This document shows positions 9,301 through 18,093 of a DNA stretch of 64,000 nucleotides, piece after piece (position 1 is the stretch's first letter; each line of letters begins with the position of its first letter). The position numbers and the translations under genes were made by a program. Under the pieces are notes generated by a model that made no database searches, was not told the DNA's origin, and worked only from the letters and a program-made list of their open reading frames with translations. The DNA lies in the sequence record SRR20825019_2740. One strand, given 5' to 3'.

Positions 9301-10612
9301 GCTGTTATCTAAGTACCTATTTTACTATCCTGTGACTTTAGCAAAAGGAGAGTTAATTGCCTTTTATCGCAGGGGATATGAAGAAAGACAGTGGTGGTCA
9401 GCCAGAGAGCTCGAAGCATTCCGGGATGAACATTTTGATAGAATCGTAAGGTATGCGGTTGAAAACAGTAGTTATTATCAAAAATGCCTTTCGAGCTTCA
9501 TTACTGATAATAGTATTATACCAAGCCCAGACTTACCTACTTTGTCGAAAGCCCAACTGATTGATAATCTTGACCATATTCGCGCCAAAAACGCCGGTCT
9601 TTTTAGTTCGGCGAAGACCACTGGTGGTTCCACGGGAGAGCCGGTCAAGATTTTCAAAAACGGGTCGGCTTTGGCCCGCGAACGCTGCGCCACCTGGAGA
9701 TCGTATGAGTGGGCAGGGGTTAGCGTCGCTGATCGCCAGGTCAGGTTTTGGGGTGTTCCACATAGTCGGAGTGGAAGACTGACTGCGAGACTCATTGATT
9801 TGATTGCAAACAGGAAAAGAATATCGGCTTTTTCGATTAACGACGATAATTTGTATAAGTATTACAACGACCTATGTAGTTTTCAGCCTCAATACCTATA
9901 TGGATACGTAAGTGTCATTGAAGAGTTTGCGAGGTTCATCCAATCGAAGCAATTGCAGCCTCCGAGCAGTCTGGTGTCGCTCATTACAACTTCGGAAGTA
10001 CTGTCGGATTCATCCAGGGCGCTCATAGAAAATGCCTTTCAGCGCAAGGTCTTCAATGAATATGGATGCGGTGAGGTCGGTTCCATTGCTCACGAATGTG
10101 AGTATGGAAGTATGCATGTTATGGCTGATAATTTGCACGTCGAGATCGACTCGGAACCGGGGCAACCTGGGGAGATTATCGTTACGGACTATTTTAACCA
10201 AGTTACCCCTCTGGTGAGGTATAGGCTAGGGGATTTCGCCACAATGGGCGAAGGCACTTGTCGGTGCGGCCGTGAACTGCCGACTATCAATAAAATACAT
10301 GGGAGGGCGTACGATATTATTCGGTCTCCTAGCGGTACAAGGATTCATCCGGAAGCTGTGATTTACATATTCGAAGGGATTCAGGAAAAAATGCCAGTCT
10401 TTAAGCAGTTTCAGGCCATACAAACTGATATCGACGCCATATCAGTCAATATCGTGCCAAATGTATCGTGGGATGATTCGTTCGACGTTGCCTTAAAAAG
10501 CCAGCTCGTTGAAGCTATTGGAGCAGAGTTTAGATTTGAAGTGAATCTGGTTGAAAGTTTGTCACGGGAGAAGTCAGGTAAAATGCGAGTGGTAAAGAGC
10601 ATGCTGGACTGA
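9293..10612 (+). CDS. Phenylacetate-CoA-ligase-like adenylating enzyme (CapK-like)
   Basis: TTGGSTGEP, EYGCGE, RYRLGD, GR and SGKMR motifs; ATG at 9293 overlaps the end of the upstream gene. Confidence 0.85.
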   Translation: MNKLLSKYLFYYPVTLAKGELIAFYRRGYEERQWWSARELEAFRDEHFDRIVRYAVENSSYYQKCLSSFITDNSIIPSPDLPTLSKAQLIDNLDHIRAKNAGLFSSAKTTGGSTGEPVKIFKNGSALARERCATWRSYEWAGVSVADRQVRFWGVPHSRSGRLTARLIDLIANRKRISAFSINDDNLYKYYNDLCSFQPQYLYGYVSVIEEFARFIQSKQLQPPSSLVSLITTSEVLSDSSRALIENAFQRKVFNEYGCGEVGSIAHECEYGSMHVMADNLHVEIDSEPGQPGEIIVTDYFNQVTPLVRYRLGDFATMGEGTCRCGRELPTINKIHGRAYDIIRSPSGTRIHPEAVIYIFEGIQEKMPVFKQFQAIQTDIDAISVNIVPNVSWDDSFDVALKSQLVEAIGAEFRFEVNLVESLSREKSGKMRVVKSMLD

Positions 10613-10624
10613 CAGGGGGAAGTG

Positions 10625-10660
10625 ATACGGCGTTCGGGTTCCTTGGAACGCCGTATTTGT
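10625..10660 (+). terminator. Probable intrinsic terminator hairpin
   Basis: Perfect 11-bp inverted repeat ATACGGCGTTC / GAACGCCGTAT followed by TTGTT, just after the stop at 10612, between convergent genes. Confidence 0.65.
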
Positions 10661-10743
10661 TATAAAAGTCTTTACATAAACTAAGAGAAGCTCTGCCTAT
10701 CTATCGCTTTGATTCACAGCACTTATCATCAGGGAAAACAAAC

Positions 10744-11730
10744 CTATTGTCCTATTGTAAAGTTGGTCGGTGGATTGGGTTGTGAGCCTGTCGGCGACGT
10801 ATCACCCCCGCTACCATTCCCGTCCCCACTGACTTCCCCACAGCCGATTCGCTCAGTAGACAATACGATGTCACTCATCCACGTTGGTGTGTCGATCGGA
10901 TTGCCTGCACCCTGGAGTACATGCTGGAGCTCTATCAGTCTCATTTTAGCGCTCGCATTGGTCCGAGCTCTGGTGTTTGTAAGTTCGAAAGCTAACTTGT
11001 CATCAATCCAATAGCGGTATTCTGCATTGTTTTTTCCTTGGTCATTAGCCTTAACGTACGTCTCAATGCAGTACCATTGTTCCCGGTCCAATGGATAGTT
11101 GATATCTTCACCGTTCGGCCCGAGCTTATTATTAAAAGAGTCTTCCTGGCGAAATTCTGTTTTCTGCCCGTCATAGTCCGAGAAAACATAAGTCTCGTTG
11201 AGATGGCTATAAGGCTCCGGAGACAGATGAGTCAGGTTTATGAAATTGTTCGAAAACGACACCTTAAAGTTCTGGCTGATTCCATCCCCCTTTATCTTGA
11301 GGAGCTTCTGTTGATCTGAAGGCCAGATCCAGTCTTTCGACCACTTTTGATACCAGCGCACGTAAAGTACGTCAGTCTCAGGGAACTTAATAATGGTAGT
11401 GTTTAACTGGTAACTTCGTTCGTATCCAGCTCTATACTGCGTCTTGAAGGACCAGTCAGTACCAGTGAGAGGGTTTTTTGCAGCGTTAGAAGTATCGACA
11501 ACTACGTTAGTGTAAGAGGTGTAGTCCTGAGTGCCATCCCCTGGATTGTATCCATTAACCAGCTCGCCACCGAGGAATGAGATGTATCCTCCACCAGGAT
11601 GAGCTGAGGAGGCACCGAGATACATGGGAGAGTCACCCCCCGATACACCACTTTCAAACAACACCTTGGAGTAGCCGAGGGCGGGAATTGCAACGGTGAG
11701 TGCTACTAGGAGAAGAGGGCGCAGGTTCAT
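10744..11730 (-). CDS. Secreted beta-rich protein, possibly polysaccharide-lyase-like jelly-roll fold
   Basis: Signal peptide; YVRWYQKW, QKLL, WYCIETYVK and YRYWID patterns resemble lyase-like jelly rolls; Gly/Ser linker and C-terminal PNPPTNFTI. Confidence 0.5.
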   Translation of the reverse strand: MNLRPLLLVALTVAIPALGYSKVLFESGVSGGDSPMYLGASSAHPGGGYISFLGGELVNGYNPGDGTQDYTSYTNVVVDTSNAAKNPLTGTDWSFKTQYRAGYERSYQLNTTIIKFPETDVLYVRWYQKWSKDWIWPSDQQKLLKIKGDGISQNFKVSFSNNFINLTHLSPEPYSHLNETYVFSDYDGQKTEFRQEDSFNNKLGPNGEDINYPLDREQWYCIETYVKANDQGKNNAEYRYWIDDKLAFELTNTRARTNASAKMRLIELQHVLQGAGNPIDTPTWMSDIVLSTERIGCGEVSGDGNGSGGDTSPTGSQPNPPTNFTIGQ

Positions 11731-12033
11731 GTTTACTCCAAAGAGAAGCCGTATTTAACCTTATTTTACAACAAAACGGGCCATTGTGATGCCGAATATT
11801 GTGCAGAATTCGTACAATTTTGTAATCCTACCGGTTTTGTGACAGTCCTGGACCCTGCCGCGAACCGCTCAGCAGTGTGCTTAGGGGCTTCTAGCGGGCA
11901 TCATAGAGTTGGTAAAGCGGCATGGGGGCATTCGTGCCAATTTACCGCCGGTGACAGTTTCTTTTACACTGTCCTCGCGCGTGACGGTGATCCATCGACT
12001 CCTCGATCTTTAAATTGGCTATGTCAGGATGCG

Positions 12034-12049
12034 TGGCCCAAAATGTGCA
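12034..12049 (+). promoter_or_regulatory. Candidate sigma-54 (-24/-12) promoter of the PEP-CTERM gene
   Basis: TGGCCCAAAATGTGCA has GG-N10-GC spacing like the consensus TGGCAC-N5-TTGCW, about 80 bp upstream of the start codon. Confidence 0.55.
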
Positions 12050-12130
12050 GCATGGTTTACTACATTGGTTATTAGTTGTTAAATTCAATGTTGGCTACCA
12101 AAATGTCTACTACCAAAAAGGAAGGTGGTT

Positions 12131-12745
12131 ATGAAGTCAGGTTTGTTGTGCCCGTGGCTCTTAGGGGTCCTGTGCTTGATTTTTTCGAGCCAAGCTTATG
12201 CGATCCCAGTTACATACGACTTCAGAGTTGAAGTTTATTCTGGGGCTGAGGGAGTCAGTACGAGGTCTCTTACCACTACGTTTGATGTCGACTTTCCGTT
12301 GCCTACTTCTGACCAAATCACTTCCGATCCAGGAAACGTGAACCGCGGTTGGGTCACCTATGAAACCTCATATTCGGTTTCCGCCATCTGGGACTCTCTG
12401 CTAGTAACAAACGGTGAAAGCTCTAACTATTTCACTAAAAGCTTAACTATGGATTTTAGTTATGCCTATGCGAGGATGAGCTTACCAGATGTCGGGTTTT
12501 CCCTGCAGATTGATGACATTGAGGGCTATTTTGATCGATATAGGGTAGAAAACTGGCAGGTTGGAGATTCCTTTCATGGACATATAGACGATGCTGGTAA
12601 CGCTAGACCCTTACGCGCCCACCTAATATCTAGATCTGTACCAGAACCCAGCAGCTTCACATTATTAGGCGTTGGGTTGATTCTGGTTACTCTACTGTAT
12701 TGCTCGCGTAATCAACGTTATCGACCTGTGAGTCCGACAGCTTAA
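12131..12745 (+). CDS. PEP-CTERM sorting-domain protein
   Basis: Signal peptide ending AYA-IP; C-terminal VPEPSSFTLLGVGLILVTLLY plus basic residues; ATG 12131 (alternative GTG 12125) after AAGGAAGG. Confidence 0.88.
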   Translation: MKSGLLCPWLLGVLCLIFSSQAYAIPVTYDFRVEVYSGAEGVSTRSLTTTFDVDFPLPTSDQITSDPGNVNRGWVTYETSYSVSAIWDSLLVTNGESSNYFTKSLTMDFSYAYARMSLPDVGFSLQIDDIEGYFDRYRVENWQVGDSFHGHIDDAGNARPLRAHLISRSVPEPSSFTLLGVGLILVTLLYCSRNQRYRPVSPTA

Positions 12746-12799
12746 GTTTGGAGTCAGCGTTTCAGATCAGTACAGTGCTCAACGAATCCCGGACAGTAT

Positions 12800-12940
12800 T
12801 TGTCGGCTGTAATAATCCACCAGGAATTCATCAACGCCTTTTTGATGTCTCTGGCAAATTTCGGTAGCAACCGAGGGCTGGTGTTTACTCGAACTTCAGC
12901 CTCGGGACAGTTGCTCCTTCGGTGCATTGTCCCGGCGGTT
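12800..12940 (-). pseudogene. Degenerate IS3-family transposase C-terminal fragment
   Basis: Manual minus-strand translation across two frameshifts and one stop: NRRDNAPKEQLSR / LKFE*TPALGCYRNLPET / QKGVDEFLVDYYSRQ, matching the IS3 OrfB pattern NCWDNAPME..F..LK.E....Y.........Y...YYN. Confidence 0.7.
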
Positions 12941-13106
12941 CGTCAAGCTCTCGACACGTCAAAGCGCAAGCGTATGGGCGTTGGCAAGGGGCAGAAAGGG
13001 ACGCCCGAAAAAAGTTAAAATTGACGGAGGTTTAGCAATCAGCATTCCCTTCTTATCCATCTTTAGATCCTATCAGGGCTGGAGTCCCGATAACCTTAAT
13101 CTAATT

Positions 13107-14555
13107 TTATAGGCTTTTAGATATTTTTGTCGCTAGTTGTTTGCGCTCCGGTTTGCTACTTAAACAGTACAGAGTTGAAAGAAACGCCGCAATAAATATA
13201 ACAGACTTTAAAGTTATTGTTTCAAGTGTAAAGTCAGAGTTTGTCAGGCTCCGGTCGATCACTGTCGCTATTAGTAGTATAGATATAGAGATGGCCATAG
13301 GGGTTTGTCGAATTTTCAATGGATATAACTTGTTGCCATTGTACAGTGCGTATGTGTATTGCACTATCGATCCCAAAGCAAAAGCTATTGATGCACCTAC
13401 GAAGCCATAGAATGGTATTAATATGAAGTAGAATGTCGAGATGGCGACAGCCGTTACTGCATTGTTCTTCGTAATCTCTAAAGTTCTATCTGTTAACATA
13501 AAACTAAAGTTATTAAATATTGTTAGGCACTGAAAAATACCGGCAATAACTAGATAGGGTATGGCGTTAGCCGATGTGTGAAACAGCTCATCGGACATGA
13601 TGTTGATTATTACGCCTGAGAATATGCTCACACCGACACCCGCAATTACTAGCAATGCCGTAATCATTCGAAATGCCATAGAATAGTCCGGGTAAGGGTT
13701 CTGCAACTTCGCAATTTCGAAGCGCTCAGTCTGCCAGTATTGAGAAAAAGGTAGCCAGATCAGTATGGATACAATTGAACCGAATTTTGCTGCAAGCTCA
13801 AAAAGACCAACTTCGTCGAGGGATGAAAAAATCCTGATAAAATAGCGATTGGAGGAACCGATATACAAGCCTATTAACCCTGATATCCAGAGAGGCCAGC
13901 TGAATTTCAGGATGTATAGAGCGACGGACTTTCTGACAAGAAAGCCTGTTTTATAAATCGTATAAATCAACAATGCTAACGCTATAATTACAGAGGATAT
14001 CAGGCTGCTCAATGCCAGGCCCATAAGTCCCCAGTCGAGAACCACTATCGTCAATATGTTTAATCCAAGCTGTAAGCCCAGTTTTATCATGTTGAAGTTA
14101 AAGTAAGTCCATGGTTTTTTAACAATCCGTAAATAGGTCAGTCCATATTGTTCCAGCGCATGAGTAACTATCAGAGCGGAGAATATGATGATGTAGATGC
14201 CATATTCTTCCTTCCCAAAAACCACCTCAGCTAGGGGGGCCGAAAAACTGGCCATTAGAATACTGGCCACACCACTGAAGAATGATGTCACCAGAAGTGC
14301 GGTTGATACCACTGAATTTTTCAGCAGCTTGGTTTCTTCCTGGTGGTAGAACTTGGGAACGGCCTGAAACATATGCCCGCCCAGAACTACCTCGAACAGA
14401 CTGACAAGGAAAACAAGGAGGCCTATAACCCCGTAGTCAGCCGGCGTTAAATAATGGGTATAGATCGGCAACATAATGAAGCCGACCAATTGTCGAGAGA
14501 TGTTGCCAACTGCGTAAATGGTTGAGTGTTTAACCATCTGCTGTGCTTGACTCAC
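13107..14555 (-). CDS. wzx: Wzx-type oligosaccharide flippase
   Basis: About 12-14 TM segments; LPIYTHYLTPADYG, LKFSWP, EVGLF and LIP-x-YG-x2-GA motifs of the PST/MOP flippase family. Confidence 0.88.
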   Translation of the reverse strand: MSQAQQMVKHSTIYAVGNISRQLVGFIMLPIYTHYLTPADYGVIGLLVFLVSLFEVVLGGHMFQAVPKFYHQEETKLLKNSVVSTALLVTSFFSGVASILMASFSAPLAEVVFGKEEYGIYIIIFSALIVTHALEQYGLTYLRIVKKPWTYFNFNMIKLGLQLGLNILTIVVLDWGLMGLALSSLISSVIIALALLIYTIYKTGFLVRKSVALYILKFSWPLWISGLIGLYIGSSNRYFIRIFSSLDEVGLFELAAKFGSIVSILIWLPFSQYWQTERFEIAKLQNPYPDYSMAFRMITALLVIAGVGVSIFSGVIINIMSDELFHTSANAIPYLVIAGIFQCLTIFNNFSFMLTDRTLEITKNNAVTAVAISTFYFILIPFYGFVGASIAFALGSIVQYTYALYNGNKLYPLKIRQTPMAISISILLIATVIDRSLTNSDFTLETITLKSVIFIAAFLSTLYCLSSKPERKQLATKISKSL

Positions 14556-15712
14556 AGCGAATGCTCCGTTGTTTTTTCCAGTGCTTCAAAGATATTAATC
14601 AGGCCCTTTGCCTGGGAGGCTCTTGAGTAATGTTTTATGACTCGCTCCCGGGATGCTGTGCCCATGGCCAGTCTCATCACCTGGTTACTTAACATGTCCT
14701 TTAAGGTCTGAGCTGCGACACTGTAATTACCGACCGGGAACGTTTTGCCTGTTTCAGGTGTTACTGCCTCGTCTAGCCCAGGCAGTGCGGATACCAATAG
14801 GGGGAGCCCCGTGGCCGCCATTTCGAGTGAGGACATGGGGAAGGAGTCCCACTCCGTCGACGCAATCATACCCATGGCGCAGCTTTTCAGGATATCAGGG
14901 ACGTCATTTCGGTAGCCGCCAAAAGTAAGATGATCGTTTACGTCGGGGTTTTGCAGGTATTCCTCAAAGTGCTCTTTCTCGCCGGGGCGGTTGCCAAGGA
15001 TAAGGAACTGGACCTTTTTGTAACCCAAGTTTTGGGTAAGGACTTTGGCAGCCTGGAGTATTACGTGAACGCCTTTCCTGCGCTCCATGTGCCCAGTAAA
15101 TACGATAATCTCTCGATCCTTGGGGATGCCCAATTGCTCGTGGGCATAGTACTTTTTGGTATCGTTGGGGGCGTACTTGGCGGTATCAATTCCGGTTTTA
15201 ACGATGGACGTCTTGGACAACGGTATTCCGCGTCCATCAACGGCGGTATTACGCATACCTGTCGACTGAAACACATAATGGTCGGGGCCATGGCGTTTCG
15301 CGGACACCTCGAGCCTTTTTATAAACAGTTTCAATCCCGTATTGAGGGAGCTCATTGGTGCGCCCCAATAAGAAACGAAGGTGCTTATACCTCCGTTTCG
15401 GAGAGCCTTGTAAATTGGTCGGGAAACAGGTTGGTCGAAACCCAACAGCCGGGTAATCTTGTGTTCTTTTATATATCGTTCTACGGCACGAAGCTGTTCC
15501 GGCGCTGACCAGCGTGTGTCCAGGTGGAGTATGTTTGTTAGTTCTTTGGGCAAGGAGGGGGTCATCCCGCCATCAAGGTTGGCGTAGGCGTAATGAATGT
15601 CCGCCATATCGGTAGTAAAATGCTTTGCGACCTCCAGAAACGTGTGTTCGTGGCTGGACGCCGCGTACCCTGGGTTTGACTCGCAATGGAACAGCACCAT
15701 CATCCCTGTCAC
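14552..15712 (-). CDS. Glycosyltransferase family 4
   Basis: RKGV, GYRNDV and DSFPMSSLE motifs; GTGA overlaps with both neighbours. Confidence 0.88.
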   Translation of the reverse strand: MTGMMVLFHCESNPGYAASSHEHTFLEVAKHFTTDMADIHYAYANLDGGMTPSLPKELTNILHLDTRWSAPEQLRAVERYIKEHKITRLLGFDQPVSRPIYKALRNGGISTFVSYWGAPMSSLNTGLKLFIKRLEVSAKRHGPDHYVFQSTGMRNTAVDGRGIPLSKTSIVKTGIDTAKYAPNDTKKYYAHEQLGIPKDREIIVFTGHMERRKGVHVILQAAKVLTQNLGYKKVQFLILGNRPGEKEHFEEYLQNPDVNDHLTFGGYRNDVPDILKSCAMGMIASTEWDSFPMSSLEMAATGLPLLVSALPGLDEAVTPETGKTFPVGNYSVAAQTLKDMLSNQVMRLAMGTASRERVIKHYSRASQAKGLINIFEALEKTTEHSL

Positions 15713-16905
15713 GACTTGATGTCCTCCTTCGCCGATGCGACGGGTTGGGCGTCTTCGCTAACATCGGCCAACAATCGATAGGGGCGCTCACTGATGGCTT
15801 GGGCGTTGCCTTGAACCTTCAGGGCTGCGGCTTCGAATGAAGCCCGCGACTCAAGAGCCTCCCTTACCAGTGGTTCAAGGTTCTGTTGCACGTCGTCAAT
15901 GGATGTTACCAGCGGCTTAAGTCCGAGGGCTTCAAACGATCCACGCAGCTTTGCCTCTGTATACTCATTCACGTAGATTCCCACTGCGGGTACACCCGTG
16001 GACAGCGCAAATATCAGTTGATGGTAACGCATGGATACCACGAACTGACTGTCTACCGTCAACGCTTTGAGGGAAGAGGCGAGGGGGATTGGATCAACCA
16101 GGTGGAATCGAGTGGTTGGCCATAAATGCTCAATATTATGGGCCAGTTTGATGTCGCCTTCTGTTCCACGCGGCGCATGATGAGGGATGAAAACCGTATT
16201 AACGTTATTGGAGGACATCGCCTTTTCTATGGCGGTAGCAACGCGCAACACGGCGTCGTCGTCCATTTCGCCGAATTTTCGCATTGAGACGCAGGCGAAG
16301 GGCTCGTTCTTTTCACTGATGCTACGTGTGTAGTCGTTGTGGCGTTGCTCCAGAAAGCAGGCATCATCAAGGGCGAATTCCACAGGTCTGCTGATTTGGG
16401 TGTGGGAAAAATTGAGATCCCTTACTCCAATCCACTTGGCATCTTTCAGTACCGAATCGACACGTTTGCGATGGCTGTCGTTGTAGGGGCCAATGGTCTG
16501 GCTGACCAGGTAAATGTCTTTGTTGAAGAAGTTCGCCACTCTAAGCAGGCGTAGGCGGGCTTCCAGAACGCCGGTCCAAACACTGGTCATGTTGCCTCCG
16601 CCGCAGACCACCACTTTGTCGCACTTGAGTACCTGATAGAGGTTGGTCGCGAGCGCCTTCAGGTAGGATAGGGGCTTTTTCCACCGCATTTCCCGGAATA
16701 CATCGTCTGGGGTGTGATAGAACTCAAATGCCTTGATTCCATAGGTTTCCGGAACCTTCGTCGGGTTTGCGCACCCCAGTATGAGGTTATCCTTGCCTAC
16801 GAGCTGGCTGAGGCGGTCGATAGCGACTTCCGCCATGGCTTCGTCACCAACATGGTAGTCGGGGCCCAGTCCGGTTACATCCGACAGCATGAGAATTTTC
16901 GGCAT
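15709..16905 (-). CDS. Polysaccharide pyruvyl transferase family protein
   Basis: GDEAM, GGGN, QTIGP, VRD-x2-S and SMRYH motifs. Confidence 0.88.
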   Translation of the reverse strand: MPKILMLSDVTGLGPDYHVGDEAMAEVAIDRLSQLVGKDNLILGCANPTKVPETYGIKAFEFYHTPDDVFREMRWKKPLSYLKALATNLYQVLKCDKVVVCGGGNMTSVWTGVLEARLRLLRVANFFNKDIYLVSQTIGPYNDSHRKRVDSVLKDAKWIGVRDLNFSHTQISRPVEFALDDACFLEQRHNDYTRSISEKNEPFACVSMRKFGEMDDDAVLRVATAIEKAMSSNNVNTVFIPHHAPRGTEGDIKLAHNIEHLWPTTRFHLVDPIPLASSLKALTVDSQFVVSMRYHQLIFALSTGVPAVGIYVNEYTEAKLRGSFEALGLKPLVTSIDDVQQNLEPLVREALESRASFEAAALKVQGNAQAISERPYRLLADVSEDAQPVASAKEDIKS

Positions 16906-16980
16906 GTTCCTGTCTACTCTGTGTGTATTAAGCGAAAGATCGGCTTAATGATGAAAAAGGCATCACAAATGCTGTGGTGC

Positions 16981-18093
16981 TTATGTATTGTAAACGTCCG
17001 TGTACTTAACCGTATTGGCCTCAACCCCAAAAAGTTGGCGAACGTGTATCAGGCCACTATCGGTTTTATGCCTACGCCCGGTGCCTTCGGTGAAGATCTG
17101 CGTTAGTGTCCGGGTATAGCCTTCGGGAGAATGGTCCTTAACCAGCCACCCGCAACGCCCATTGTCCAAGACTTCCGGAATGCCGCCAACGTGGTGCGCT
17201 ACAACGGGGATCTCCAGTGCCAGGGCCTCTAGGAGTGTCATCGGCAGGCCCTCATGGTCGGACGTCATTAGCAGCACATCAAGCTTCGTCATTTCGGCGG
17301 CTGCAGGGCTTACAAACCCCGTGAAAACTATCCGGTCTGAGATGCCCAGGTCGATGGCGAGTTGTCGCAATTCTGGCTCGAGAGGGCCGCTTCCGATGAT
17401 GATGCCCTGGCACGCCTGTCCCTGCTGATTTAACAAGGCCATGGTTCTGATAAAGATATCAACCCGTTTGACGGGCACCAGGCGCCCAACAATGCCAATA
17501 CGGGGCGTTTTGCTATTTGTTTCGGTCGGTATCTTCCATTCGTGACGGGTGTTGTCCACGTCAATAAAGTTATAGATTTTATGGACTTTTCCGGGAAACA
17601 GTCTCCCCAGTCTTACCTCCAGTTGGGTAGACACCGCAATAATCGCCTGTTGCCGTAATCTACCCAGGACAATGTCCAGTTTCTGAACCAACCATTTGTG
17701 AGGGCGTTTCAGGGTAAAGGCGGTTTCCGGGTTGCCATGCACAGTGCGAACGGAGGCCGGCACCCGCGCCAGCTCCTTTCCGAGAATGCCGAGCACGTTT
17801 TCCTTGAAACCGTGGGTGTGCACGATCCCGGTTTCGTGTTCTCTACAATGAGAAGCGATGCTACGGGCAATGGCTATCGGACCAAGTTTTGTCTCATCCG
17901 CCAGGGTGACGGGGATGTCCAGTTCGCGCAGTTTATCGTGCAGGATGCCGGTGTTGAAGACTACCGCTGTCGGTGAAATCTGATCCGTGGCCTGTAGTGC
18001 CCGGCAAAGGTTATATACCTGTACCTCGGCACCTGCCCATAAATCGCCGGACACCACATGCGTTACAACCCGTCTGGCCTCACTCTGCGTCAT
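16981..18093 (-). CDS. Glycosyltransferase family 4
   Basis: GAEVQ, HTHG, VGRLVPVK and EGLPMTLLEA motifs. Confidence 0.92.
   Translation of the reverse strand: MTQSEARRVVTHVVSGDLWAGAEVQVYNLCRALQATDQISPTAVVFNTGILHDKLRELDIPVTLADETKLGPIAIARSIASHCREHETGIVHTHGFKENVLGILGKELARVPASVRTVHGNPETAFTLKRPHKWLVQKLDIVLGRLRQQAIIAVSTQLEVRLGRLFPGKVHKIYNFIDVDNTRHEWKIPTETNSKTPRIGIVGRLVPVKRVDIFIRTMALLNQQGQACQGIIIGSGPLEPELRQLAIDLGISDRIVFTGFVSPAAAEMTKLDVLLMTSDHEGLPMTLLEALALEIPVVAHHVGGIPEVLDNGRCGWLVKDHSPEGYTRTLTQIFTEGTGRRHKTDSGLIHVRQLFGVEANTVKYTDVYNT

Noticed and set aside
11779-11794. Possible sigma-54 promoter (CGGCATCACAATGGC, minus strand) for the secreted protein gene
   Set aside because: GG-N10-GC spacing is present but the -12 element is a poor match; too weak to call
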